A stretch of 22,789 nt of DNA, taken from the NCBI GenBank assembly GCA_965371515.1, contig CBDUYR010000045.1, forward strand, positions 1-22,789, in the 5' to 3' direction. Below are positions 7,131 through 16,121 of this stretch, piece by piece (within the stretch, counting starts at the first letter, position 1; each line of letters begins with the position of its first letter). The stretch is from an uncultured bacterium (GTDB taxonomy: Bacteria > Krumholzibacteriota > Krumholzibacteriia > Krumholzibacteriales > Krumholzibacteriaceae). A program made the position numbers and the translations under genes. Below the pieces are notes generated by a model. It was given only the letters and a program-made list of their open reading frames with translations, had not been told where the DNA came from and made no database searches.

Positions 7131-7700
7131 GTGGAACAACCGACGCTCGAGACAGAAAGGCTGATCCTCCGACCATTCGTGGGCATTGACGCGCCCCGGA
7201 TAGCGGAGCTCGCCGGCAACGCGGAGATAGCCGACACGACCTTGAGGATCCCGCATCCCTACACGGCCGGAATGGCGTCCCAATGGATCGGTACACACGA
7301 AGCGATTCGTGACAAGGGGCTGGCCCTCTTCTATGCGATCGACGACAAGGAGAGAGGGGAGCTGGTCGGCAGCACTGGAATCGACATCGATCTTCTGCAG
7401 AGCCGGGCCGACATAGGATACTGGATCGGCAGGGAATTCTGGAACAGGGGGTATGCGACGGAGGCGGCTGAGAAGCTGCTGGGATACGCGTTCACCGTCC
7501 TGAGGCTTCACAAGGTCGTATCTCACCATTTTGCGCGCAATCAGGCATCCGGGCGTGTGCTGGAGAAACTCGGCATGAAACGCGAGGGCCTCCTCAGAGC
7601 CCATCTTCGAAAGTCCGAAGCATGGGAGGATTTAGTCGAGTACGGCATACTTGACACCGAGTACGAACAGCTCGAAGCCGGACTGCAAAGGAGTGGATGA
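7131..7700 (+). CDS. GNAT acetyltransferase, RimJ/RimL family
   Basis: LETERLILRPF, IPHPY, IGYWIGREFWNRGYATEA and NQASGRVLEKLGMKREG motifs. Confidence 0.93.
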   Translation: MEQPTLETERLILRPFVGIDAPRIAELAGNAEIADTTLRIPHPYTAGMASQWIGTHEAIRDKGLALFYAIDDKERGELVGSTGIDIDLLQSRADIGYWIGREFWNRGYATEAAEKLLGYAFTVLRLHKVVSHHFARNQASGRVLEKLGMKREGLLRAHLRKSEAWEDLVEYGILDTEYEQLEAGLQRSG

Positions 7701-8359
7701 TGTACTGTAGAAAATGCGGCACATTGAATTCTGACGACGGAAATTACTGCGCAAAATGCGGCAGCCCGCTGATGGACTCCGCTGGACCGGCACAATCGAC
7801 CGATAAGGATGCCGCAGGCGGCTCCCTCAACGTTCCGCCTGCGCCAAATAGGATAAAGCCCCCTCCGCCGCCTGCGGTGCCGCCGGGCCATACAAGGCTG
7901 GCCCCGCCCCCGGCATTCCGGCCGTACTACGCTGGATTCTGGAAGAGATTCGCTGCTTATTTCATCGACGAGATCATACTTTCCTTCATCGGCATCATGA
8001 TGATGCTGGTTGTGGTCACCATAGTTGGAGTGCCGATGGGGCTTTCAGGTGTAGACGAAGACATCATTGCACCGCTGGTAATGATGTACTTTGGAATCAC
8101 CGAGTTGCTGCTCAGCTGGCTCTATCACACGGTACTCGAAAGCTCCGGCAGGCAGGCCACCCTGGGGAAGATGGCCATGGGTATAGTGGTCACAGACATG
8201 GAGGGCAGGCGGATCTCGTTCGGCAGGGCCAACGGCAGGTTCTGGTCGAAGATCCTGTCCGGACTGTTTTTATCGATAGGATATATAATCGCCGGATTTA
8301 CCGAGAGGAAGCAGGCGCTGCACGATCTGATTGCGGCGACCCTCGTTGTCAACAGATGA
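7697..8359 (+). CDS. RDD family membrane protein with N-terminal zinc ribbon and Pro-rich linker
   Basis: CRKCG...YCAKCG; YAGFWKRFAAYFID; QATLGKMAMGI; KQALHDLIAATLVV. Confidence 0.92.
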   Translation: MMYCRKCGTLNSDDGNYCAKCGSPLMDSAGPAQSTDKDAAGGSLNVPPAPNRIKPPPPPAVPPGHTRLAPPPAFRPYYAGFWKRFAAYFIDEIILSFIGIMMMLVVVTIVGVPMGLSGVDEDIIAPLVMMYFGITELLLSWLYHTVLESSGRQATLGKMAMGIVVTDMEGRRISFGRANGRFWSKILSGLFLSIGYIIAGFTERKQALHDLIAATLVVNR

Positions 8360-8381
8360 CCTTCAACGCGAGCGAGTGACG

Positions 8382-9161
8382 ATGAAATCTGAAAAACACG
8401 GCGATTATGGCCGGACCCCCGCGATATTACTGCTCATTTTCATGCTGATCCTGTTTTTGCCGTCTATGGGATGCGTTCCCCCCAAAACGGATGATTTCGG
8501 CGAATACGAGGGGGACGATTCCATCTTCGACGATGTCGAGGAAGCGGAACAGATAGCCCTCTACATGGACGACGATGTTGTTCTGAACAGGTTCCTGCTG
8601 AAGAGGGTCTTCTACGACATCACCCTGATCAGGGGCGCGTTCGGCAGGGAGATCGAAACGGTGTATTACATCAGATTCAAGCCACCCTGCAAGGACGGCA
8701 GGATTATGATCGTATTCGACGAGGAGAGTTTTCCGACCGTGCTCGACGGCGAATATGTAGAATGGACGGAACTCAACGACCGGTACCTGCCATACGACGT
8801 CAAGACGGTCAACAGGCTAAGGAAGGTCTATCTTTATTTCGATGGCTTGCTCGATTATCGTGCGCTGGCGGGCAGGTACGCCGAGCTTCCGCATGTTACT
8901 TCCGCAACGTGCGTAGGACCGTTAGGCGACTCGCCGAACATATATCCCCGCAGGACGGACACCGGTATCGACTACCTTTTCAGGGACGCATGGGGAACGT
9001 GCTCGGCGGGATGCTCGAGCAACGAGTTCTACTACTTCGTATGCGAGAACGACGACGCTGTCTATGTCGGACACTGGAACCCCCAGGAACGCACGAAACC
9101 TCCCGAGTGGTGGCCGGCCGCGAAAAAGTGCCTTCCAGAAGAACTCAGGGAGAAATTCTGA
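8382..9161 (+). CDS. Lipoprotein, function unknown, with a WGxCxAGC motif
   Basis: Hydrophobic stretch ending SMGC; C-terminal DAWGTCSAGC. Confidence 0.78.
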   Translation: MKSEKHGDYGRTPAILLLIFMLILFLPSMGCVPPKTDDFGEYEGDDSIFDDVEEAEQIALYMDDDVVLNRFLLKRVFYDITLIRGAFGREIETVYYIRFKPPCKDGRIMIVFDEESFPTVLDGEYVEWTELNDRYLPYDVKTVNRLRKVYLYFDGLLDYRALAGRYAELPHVTSATCVGPLGDSPNIYPRRTDTGIDYLFRDAWGTCSAGCSSNEFYYFVCENDDAVYVGHWNPQERTKPPEWWPAAKKCLPEELREKF

Positions 9162-9213
9162 TCATGAACCTGGATGACCGCCCCGGTGTGCTGAAGAATC
9201 GAGTGGAGGAATA

Positions 9214-9717
9214 ATGAACAGGATGATCATCCTTACCGTTCTGACGGTGATTGCGTCGACGTGCTGCATGACGGGCTGCAAGGAACAGCTCCAGGCATAT
9301 CCTCCTTCGCTGGAAGGTGACGAGCTCGTCGTAGCGACAGCGCTGCGCCGCCATATGTACAATCATCACGAGAGGTTCGGATACGACTACAAATATGTAT
9401 ACATAACCGTGCTCGGATCTGATCCAAGCAGGGACTTCATAGACTATTTCAGCGACCTCTTTTCTCAGGTGCTGCCGGGATCCAGGATGAAGGAATCAAG
9501 GTACGGATATGAGAACCTCCCGGAGACCAGGGGCGTATGGGTCCGATTCGAGGTGGTCGATTTCGAATCTGTTTCGGAGCAGGAGGCATGGGTAACATGC
9601 CAGGCCTTCGAATACAAAAGGGAGAGTCCGGCCGTCAAGTACAGGATGCTTCTGCAGGACGAACAGTGGAAAGCGACCGACATCATCGGTATTCAGAGCG
9701 AAAAGATCCTTCAGTGA
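9214..9717 (+). CDS. Lipoprotein, function unknown; related to 6592..7098
   Basis: GGAGG SD; lipobox MTGC; YITVLGSDPSRDFI; C-terminal YRMLLQDEQWKA. Confidence 0.82.
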   Translation: MNRMIILTVLTVIASTCCMTGCKEQLQAYPPSLEGDELVVATALRRHMYNHHERFGYDYKYVYITVLGSDPSRDFIDYFSDLFSQVLPGSRMKESRYGYENLPETRGVWVRFEVVDFESVSEQEAWVTCQAFEYKRESPAVKYRMLLQDEQWKATDIIGIQSEKILQ

Positions 9718-9812
9718 CGGCGGTCGGAGCGTTGACCATTATGGGCGGCTGCGAGCCGCAGCTGCGCGTACACATTCATGCCGCCCTCAATCCCGGATGC
9801 TCCAGGCAGGAG
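9714..9812 (+). pseudogene. Internal fragment of a carboxymuconolactone decarboxylase (AhpD-like) gene
   Basis: TAVGALTIMGGCEPQLRVHIHAALNPGCSRQE matches the CMD pattern AALTAxGxxxPQLxVHIxxALNxGxxxxE; both flanks are missing. Confidence 0.75.
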
Positions 9813-9860
9813 GCCGGGACTGATCCGGTTCATCCGAAAACCACGCCTCTCAATAAAATC

Positions 9861-9886
9861 TGAAACCAGAACACCGGCCGGACGTA
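9861..9886 (+). promoter_or_regulatory. ECF sigma promoter (SigW-like consensus) upstream of signal peptidase I
   Basis: TGAAAC (9861-9866)-N16-CGTA (9883-9886). Confidence 0.6.
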
Positions 9887-9936
9887 GAAAGAGATAGAAA
9901 CGTTCGGGCGGCCGGGTATGGTTTGAGAGGAGAGGT

Positions 9937-10587
9937 ATGAGAAAGATCGTACAATTCCACCGCAGCAGGGATTTCGTTTTTTACTCCGTCTTCCTGCTTG
10001 TTCTCATTTGTATCAGGTCATCGGTATTCGCAAGCTATCACGTGCCGACAGGATCCATGAATCCCACGATCCTCGAAGGCGATTTCTTCTTCACCAACAA
10101 GCTCGCTTACAGGCTGAAAGTCCCTTTCACGAAGACCAGCGTATTCGAATGGGGCGTTCCTTCCAGGGGCGAGATGGTTGTTTTCAAGTTTCCGGAGAAC
10201 GAGAGGAAGCTGTACACGAAGAGGGTCATCGGAATCCCGGGCGACATCATCGAAATGCGGGGCGGCCGTCTGATCGTAAACGGCCGGACAGTCGACCGCA
10301 GAGCGGCAGGCACAAAAGACGGCGTATCTTTCTACAGGGAGTTGCTTGCCGGCAGGGAATACACTATCCAGCACATTCCTGGGAAAGGGTATATGGCCGA
10401 CATGCCGCCGGTCATGGTACCAGAAGGGTATATCTTCATGATGGGAGATAACAGGGACAACAGTTACGACAGCAGGGCGTGGGGATGCCTGCCTCTAGGC
10501 AACGTGGAGGGGGAGCTGATCGTAAGATGGTTCTCGTTCGACATGAAGGTCATGCGCCCGAGATTCGAGAGGATAGGACTCATCTGA
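9937..10587 (+). CDS. lepB: Signal peptidase I (S26)
   Basis: Catalytic Ser box VPTGSMNPT, Lys box YTKRVIGIPGD and box E MGDNRDNSYDSR; one N-terminal TM segment; GAGGAG SD. Confidence 0.95.
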   Translation: MRKIVQFHRSRDFVFYSVFLLVLICIRSSVFASYHVPTGSMNPTILEGDFFFTNKLAYRLKVPFTKTSVFEWGVPSRGEMVVFKFPENERKLYTKRVIGIPGDIIEMRGGRLIVNGRTVDRRAAGTKDGVSFYRELLAGREYTIQHIPGKGYMADMPPVMVPEGYIFMMGDNRDNSYDSRAWGCLPLGNVEGELIVRWFSFDMKVMRPRFERIGLI

Positions 10588-10624
10588 CGACCAGGCATGA
10601 TCTCATATCGTTCAGCCCGCGGTG

Positions 10625-10661
10625 CAGCCGGGAGCCGAAAGGCCCCGGCTGTTTCCGTTTT
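10625..10661 (+). terminator. Intrinsic terminator after lepB
   Basis: CAGCCGGG-A-GCC-GAAA-GGC-CCCGGCTG hairpin followed by TTTCCGTTTT. Confidence 0.7.
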
Positions 10662-10740
10662 GGGTCGAATCGCGTTGATTGGAGAGGGCCGGGCGGTGTA
10701 GTATCGCCACAGTGAAACATGCATGAGAAAGGACCTGACG

Positions 10741-11496
10741 ATGAATATAGATCTTACCGGAGTAAGAGCGCTGGTCACCGGCGGCAGCAGCGGCATCGGC
10801 GAGGCAATATCCATAACACTGGCCGATAGCGGGGCGGTCGTAGCCGTCCATTACAATACCGGGGGCGAGAGGGCCAGGAAGATGGCAAAAGAGTTCGGTA
10901 ACGGATCCGAGGCCTTCGGGGCTGATCTTCTCGACCCAGATGCCGCAAGCAACCTGTTCATCACGGCGGCGGAGGCACTCGGTGGTATCGACCTGCTCGT
11001 GAACAACGCCGGCATCTTCATACCGGCGCACACGGAAAGCGGGCACGGCGAATGGATGAATACATGGGAGAGAACGCTCGCCGTCAACCTCACCTCGGCA
11101 GGCGTCCTCTGCAGAGAGGCGATAGAGCATTTCAGGGGGCGCGGAGGGAGGATCGTCAACATCGCGTCGAGGGCGGCGTTCAGGGGAGAGACGGCAGAGT
11201 ATCTCGCCTATGCGGCATCAAAAGGTGGCATGATCTCTCTGAGCCGCTCAATCGCCAGGTCGTTCGGTAAGGAGGGCATAAAGTCGTTTGCCATCGCGCC
11301 CGGTTACGTCCGCACCCCGATGACCGAGGAGTATCTCGAGAGGCACGGGGACAAGATGGTGGCGAACGAACTGGCGCTCGATGAGATGACAGACGCAGAT
11401 GACGTTGCTCCGCTCGTTGCGTTCATCGCATCGGGAAAGCTCGACCACGCGACCGGCTGCACTATCGATATCAACGGGGGAAGCTACATCCACTGA
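10741..11496 (+). CDS. Short-chain dehydrogenase/reductase (FabG-like)
   Basis: TGGSSGIG, NNAG, catalytic YAASK and DINGG motifs. Confidence 0.95.
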   Translation: MNIDLTGVRALVTGGSSGIGEAISITLADSGAVVAVHYNTGGERARKMAKEFGNGSEAFGADLLDPDAASNLFITAAEALGGIDLLVNNAGIFIPAHTESGHGEWMNTWERTLAVNLTSAGVLCREAIEHFRGRGGRIVNIASRAAFRGETAEYLAYAASKGGMISLSRSIARSFGKEGIKSFAIAPGYVRTPMTEEYLERHGDKMVANELALDEMTDADDVAPLVAFIASGKLDHATGCTIDINGGSYIH

Positions 11497-11513
11497 GGAT
11501 TCGATACGGGGCC

Positions 11514-12848
11514 CTATATATCGCTGAGAAGCACGTTTTCCGGCGAGTTTTCCATGGCATCGCCAAACGAGTCAACGATGGCGGCGAGCCTGGCGAACTG
11601 CGGAGATTCCTTTACCGGAACATTGCCGCTTCCAATCTTCTCGAAAGAATCGAGTACGCACTTCACCGAGAAGTATTTGATATCGCATGCCGGTTGAAAT
11701 GCCGAATCCTGTCCCTTTTTCCTTTCCGTCTTGGAGAACATCCCGGTACTGGTCAGCTCTGAAAGGACCTGCCTGACCAGCCGTATGGGCATCCCGAGTT
11801 CCTCGGCGATCTCCACAGCGGTCATGGGCGGCAGGCCGTCGGCGAAGTTCCTGATCACCTTCCAGACTACCGTGAGACCGAGCAGTTTCTTGCTTCGCCA
11901 GCTGATATGGAGGGAGTCGATCTCGGACTTGTACGTATTTACATTCTGAATAGCGAATGAGATCTCGGCCCCGAGAAGGATGATCAGCCAGCTCATCTGG
12001 ATCCATATCAGGAAAAGAGGCAGTGCGGCGAGGCTTCCGTATATCGCGTTGTACTTCGCCACACCGATCTGGAAGACCACATATGTCCACTGGATAAGTC
12101 GGTACAGCGATCCTGCGACGACGGCTGCGAAGAAAGAGGACTTGAAACTGACTTTCGTGTTTGGAAGCACGATGTAGATGAATGTCAGCAGTCCCCAGAT
12201 CAGAAGGAAGGGCAGGATATTAAAGAGAAGCCACGTCAGCGGGCCCTCCGCTTCCCTGAGGATGGTACTCGAGAGGAATGCCGTGAACTTGGCGGCGATG
12301 AATCCCGACATGCTGCTGTACACGATGAAGCCAACCGTACACACGATGAGGATCGAAGTATAATCGCTGAACTTCCGGACGATGCTGCGATCCTTGTGGA
12401 TGTTCCATATATCATTGAACGCCGCCTCGAAGTTCCCGAGCACCTTGAGGAGGGTATAGAGAAGGATGATCAGTCCGGCGCCCGCGATAACTCCTCCCTG
12501 CGTGTTTTCCAGAACCGAATTGGAATATTCAACGACCTTATCTATAACGAGTTTCTGGCTGGGATAATCATTGTAGAGTGATTCCACGATCACCTTGTCG
12601 TATCCGAATCCTTTCGCGACTCCGAATACGATTGCGACTACGGGGATGATCGACAGAAGTGTGTAATAAGTCAACGCCGAGGCTCTGACGTTGCATTTGT
12701 CCTCCTGGAATCCCTTCAGCGAGAGGATGAGGATCCTCAGCTGATTGACGAGCAGCGCCCGCATCCTGGATAAATCATCCAGGCGCATCCTCCATATATC
12801 GATGGTGAGGAAGGTGATTGTTTTCTTGATCCCGTCTATTGGATTCAT
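11514..12848 (-). CDS. YihY/BrkB family membrane protein with C-terminal winged-helix domain
   Basis: ASALTYYTLLSIIP, FNDIW, LPNTKV, YNAIYGSLAALPLFLIWIQMSWLIILLGAEI; HTH-like EIAEELGMPIRLVRQVLSEL; GGAGAG SD before ATG 12848. Confidence 0.92.
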   Translation of the reverse strand: MNPIDGIKKTITFLTIDIWRMRLDDLSRMRALLVNQLRILILSLKGFQEDKCNVRASALTYYTLLSIIPVVAIVFGVAKGFGYDKVIVESLYNDYPSQKLVIDKVVEYSNSVLENTQGGVIAGAGLIILLYTLLKVLGNFEAAFNDIWNIHKDRSIVRKFSDYTSILIVCTVGFIVYSSMSGFIAAKFTAFLSSTILREAEGPLTWLLFNILPFLLIWGLLTFIYIVLPNTKVSFKSSFFAAVVAGSLYRLIQWTYVVFQIGVAKYNAIYGSLAALPLFLIWIQMSWLIILLGAEISFAIQNVNTYKSEIDSLHISWRSKKLLGLTVVWKVIRNFADGLPPMTAVEIAEELGMPIRLVRQVLSELTSTGMFSKTERKKGQDSAFQPACDIKYFSVKCVLDSFEKIGSGNVPVKESPQFARLAAIVDSFGDAMENSPENVLLSDI

Positions 12849-13093
12849 CGCTCTCCCCGGGCAGACGTGAATGGCCATTACAGATCGAATCATAGAATGG
12901 AAGCGCCGCCGTTACAAGTCGAATGTGCCGGGTCGCCGGGGAGCGATATTTATTCTGGAAACGTGACACCGGTCGCATATATAATATCGGTTCGAGCGAT
13001 GGGGGATCTAAATATCTTCCATGGAAGCGGATCTCATCAACGCAGCCGCTTTCGCGGCCCCTTTCGAATGGCGGCGCGGACAGGAGCAGGGAC

Positions 13094-13705
13094 ATGTTTG
13101 AATCACAGTGGGCCTTCGCGATCTTTTCGATCATAGCCGGGGCGATAGTCTGCTTCTGGGGTTACAGCATCTTCAAGGTCGTTCTGGGAGTGGCGGGATT
13201 CATAGCCGGCGCCGTGCTTTTTTACTACTTTGGCGCGAACTATACGGCGAACATGGTAGTCCTCGTGATACTGGCGATTTTCGGAGGGATGATAGGCGCT
13301 TCGCTCTCCGTGGCATTTTATTTCATCGGGCTCTTCCTGCTCGGCGCTCTGGCCGGCTGGCAGCTCGGGTTCCTGATAGCAATTGCGATCAACATCGAGT
13401 TCGTCATCATCATACCGATTACCGCGGCGATAGTTGCCGGCATCCTCGCCTGCTTCTTCCAGAAGCCGATCATCATCATCTCGACAGCGTTGATCGGTGC
13501 GTGGAGCGTCGTGACGGGCGGCTTCTATTTCTTCGGCACCGGCATAATTCCGAGCGACCTCTTCCGAGATCCGTTCATGCTGGTCGAAAGCCTTCGTGAG
13601 ACGAATCCGGTCGTGATACTCGCCTGGATTGCGCTCAGCATAGCGGGGATGATCTTCCAGTTCAGTTGCCGCGGACTGCGAAAGATCGGTGAGGAAAGGA
13701 AATAA
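13094..13705 (+). CDS. DUF4203 (TMEM198-like) membrane protein
   Basis: GAIVCFWGYSIFK...GFIAG, Gly-rich TM helices and STALIGA motif; AGGAG SD before ATG 13094. Confidence 0.85.
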   Translation: MFESQWAFAIFSIIAGAIVCFWGYSIFKVVLGVAGFIAGAVLFYYFGANYTANMVVLVILAIFGGMIGASLSVAFYFIGLFLLGALAGWQLGFLIAIAINIEFVIIIPITAAIVAGILACFFQKPIIIISTALIGAWSVVTGGFYFFGTGIIPSDLFRDPFMLVESLRETNPVVILAWIALSIAGMIFQFSCRGLRKIGEERK

Positions 13706-13770
13706 AGGATGGAGTACAGGAGAAAGGTCAAGACAGAGTCGGAGTACTCGATTGTGGGGAGGGCCCTACG

Positions 13771-14280
13771 ATGATCGAAATTAGACGGGCCACGTCCAGA
13801 GATCTGCCCGCGATCACGGAGATATACAACGACGCGATACTCAACACAGTCGCGACATTCGACCTTGAGACGCGGTCCGAGGAGTATATGCAGCTCTGGC
13901 TCGAGCGGCACGGCGAGAGTTTTCCCGTAATGGTCTGCTCGTTCGAGGGGAAGATCGTCGGATATGCATCACTCAACGAATATTCACCGAAGAAAGCGTA
14001 TGCCTCGACGGCCGAGGTGTCGGTCTACGTTGACAGGGACAGCAGGGGAAGGGGATACGGGCGTACACTCCTCGGGGCGATAATCGAAGCCGCTGCCGAG
14101 ACAGGGATCCACGCCCTGATAGCGAGGATCACGGAGGGAAACGATATCAGCGAGCACCTCTTCAAGTCATTCGATTTCACGCATGCAGGCAAACTCAAGG
14201 AGGTAGGCACGAAGTTCGGGCGACTGCTCGACGTTGACCTTTATCAGAGGATCGTGGAAGATCTCAGGAGGAAACCATGA
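13771..14280 (+). CDS. GNAT acetyltransferase, phosphinothricin/YncA (MnaT)-like
   Basis: DLPAITEIYNDAI, ATFD, AEVSVYV, RGRGYG and KEVGTKFGRLLDV motifs. Confidence 0.93.
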   Translation: MIEIRRATSRDLPAITEIYNDAILNTVATFDLETRSEEYMQLWLERHGESFPVMVCSFEGKIVGYASLNEYSPKKAYASTAEVSVYVDRDSRGRGYGRTLLGAIIEAAAETGIHALIARITEGNDISEHLFKSFDFTHAGKLKEVGTKFGRLLDVDLYQRIVEDLRRKP

Positions 14281-14477
14281 ACAGGAGATTTGCCGCGTGG
14301 ATGATGCTTGCCGCGATTCTTGGCGTCGTCGCTGGCGGCTGCGCACGACTGTTCGCGTTCAGGGCCCACGAGAGAATCCCCGGATCGAAGCTTATAATTG
14401 CGGAGAGATCAGGGCATTCAATGGGAGAGCCCGAGATAGAGAAGGCTCTTCTAGAAGCGGTCCGTGAGTTCGAATAA
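14277..14477 (+). pseudogene. Internally deleted lipoprotein proline iminopeptidase-like hydrolase (signal peptide fused to C-terminus)
   Basis: Lipobox AGGC is followed almost directly by AFRAHERIPGSKLIIAERSGHSMGEPEIEKALLEAVREFE, the typical peptidase S33 C-terminus with the GHS catalytic His; the nucleophile region is absent. Confidence 0.75.
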
Positions 14478-14490
14478 AGGGAGTGTGAAG

Positions 14491-15150
14491 ATGAGCGGAG
14501 AATATACTGTCGGCGTAGAGGGGTGGCTCGCCTGCGCGTGGCATGTGATTAAAATGCGCCCGAATGTGATCCTGCGAGGTCTTGCCATCATGCTCCTCTT
14601 TGCCCTGCTCTGCATCGGGCTCGGCATGATGCCAGGCGGAAGCGCAATGGTGCTCATTCTTCAGATAACGGTCGGCCAGGTACTCCAGGCCGGTTGGTAT
14701 CTCTTCTGCCTGAGGCTGGTGCGCGATGAGGACGTCTCGCCGACCGTGATGTTCGAACCGTTCAGGCGATTCGTCCAGGTCTGGCTCGTCACAATCATCA
14801 TTCCACTTATCATCGCAGCAGGATTGCTGTTCTTCATCGTCCCAGGCCTCTATCTGTGGGCGAGGTTCGGCATGGGGATATTCGCCGTGGTCGACAGGAA
14901 GCTGAATCTGGACGAGGCTCTCAATTTCAGCACGAGGATTACGGAGGGCAACAGGCTGCAGATTCTCCTTCTCCACCTGATCATGGCGGTCCTGGGCATA
15001 CTGCTCGTCATACCGAGTGTCCTCGAGATGGGGAACCTCGGAGTAATCACTTTCCTGGTCTACCTGTTTTTCCTGACCCCGCTGTCCGGGATAGCATACG
15101 CTGCCGCGTACGACAGCCTGGTCGAGACGAAGGCCGGGGAGGAGGCATGA
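14491..15150 (+). CDS. Integral membrane protein (DUF975-like)
   Basis: GLLFFIVPGLYL and ALNFSTRITEGN motifs; about 5 TM segments. Confidence 0.8.
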   Translation: MSGEYTVGVEGWLACAWHVIKMRPNVILRGLAIMLLFALLCIGLGMMPGGSAMVLILQITVGQVLQAGWYLFCLRLVRDEDVSPTVMFEPFRRFVQVWLVTIIIPLIIAAGLLFFIVPGLYLWARFGMGIFAVVDRKLNLDEALNFSTRITEGNRLQILLLHLIMAVLGILLVIPSVLEMGNLGVITFLVYLFFLTPLSGIAYAAAYDSLVETKAGEEA

Positions 15151-15953
15151 GCGGAGACGTCGCATTCGCCTTTCTCCTTACCGTACTGGCGGGGCTTTCC
15201 ACCGGCATCGGGAGCGCGATCGCATTTCTCGCGCGCCGCACGAACAGGAAACTGCTCTGTCTCTCTCTCGGGTTTTCTGCCGGGGTGATGATATATGTCT
15301 CGATGATCGAGCTTCTCGGGACCGCGAGAGAATCGCTGACCGCGGAACTGGGAACAGCGGGGGGCAACTGGGTGGTGATCGTTTCTTTCTTCGGCGGGAT
15401 GCTGGTCGTAGCCGGAATCGACAGGCTCGTTCCCTCTTACGAGAACCCGCACGAGGCGCACATGCTCGAGGAGATGTCGGACGAGGCGAGGGAGAAGGAC
15501 CCGAGGCTTCTGCGGATGGGGGTCCTGTCGGCCCTGGCAATCGCCCTGCATAACTTCCCCGAGGGTATGGCCACATTCGCCGCAGCGCTCAAGGATCCGG
15601 CCCTCGGCGTCTCGATAGCGATAGCCATTGCGATTCATAACATACCGGAGGGCATCGCCGTGTCGGTGCCTGTATTCTATGCCACAGGTGACAGGAAGAA
15701 GGCGTTCGGCTGGTCGTTCCTCTCCGGGCTCGCCGAGCCTGCCGGGGCGGTCATCGGTTACCTCATCCTCGCGCCGTACCTCAACGAGACAGTGTTCGGG
15801 ATCCTCTTTGCGTCGGTGGCGGGCATCATGGTGTTCATATCATTCGACGAGCTTCTTCCCGCCGCGGAAGAGTACGGCGAGCATCACGTCGCTCTCTACG
15901 GCCTTCTCGCCGGCATGGCGATGATGGCCGTCAGCCTCGTCCTGCTGCAGTGA
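15147..15953 (+). CDS. zupT: ZIP family zinc transporter
   Basis: AGLSTGIG, SAGVMIYVS, ENPHE, HNFPEG, HNIPEG and ISFDELLP motifs; GGAGG SD with ATGA overlap. Confidence 0.95.
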   Translation: MSGDVAFAFLLTVLAGLSTGIGSAIAFLARRTNRKLLCLSLGFSAGVMIYVSMIELLGTARESLTAELGTAGGNWVVIVSFFGGMLVVAGIDRLVPSYENPHEAHMLEEMSDEAREKDPRLLRMGVLSALAIALHNFPEGMATFAAALKDPALGVSIAIAIAIHNIPEGIAVSVPVFYATGDRKKAFGWSFLSGLAEPAGAVIGYLILAPYLNETVFGILFASVAGIMVFISFDELLPAAEEYGEHHVALYGLLAGMAMMAVSLVLLQ

Positions 15954-16047
15954 CGGTCCTTCGCGTCAGCACTGAGCGCCGGTGAGCTCGTTGTATGCCG
16001 CCTCGACGCCGGCATCGAGCATGTATTTCCGTAGATCGGCTTATCGA

Positions 16048-16076
16048 TTGTAAAGCGAGCTTGCGGACTGTACCAT
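16048..16076 (+). promoter_or_regulatory. Putative sigma70 promoter for the cupin-DUF169 cluster
   Basis: TTGTAA-N17-TACCAT, about 45 nt upstream of ATG 16122. Confidence 0.45.
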
Positions 16077-16121
16077 TGAGCGGCATTGAGATTCAGAATT
16101 CTGAAAACAGGAGCGGCGATC

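Noticed and set aside
6747..7604. 285-aa - strand ORF, and similar long antisense ORFs at 14392-15165, 15896-16693, 17658-18554 and 21776-22636
   Set aside because: They overlap well-supported + strand genes; long shadow ORFs are expected in GC-rich coding DNA.
12923..13093. N-terminal extension of the DUF4203 ORF
   Set aside because: It crosses the promoter and leader region; the SD-supported start is 13094.
14856..15146. 97-aa N-terminal extension of ZupT given by the ORF track
   Set aside because: It overlaps the upstream membrane-protein gene; the real start is ATG 15147 with a GGAGG SD.
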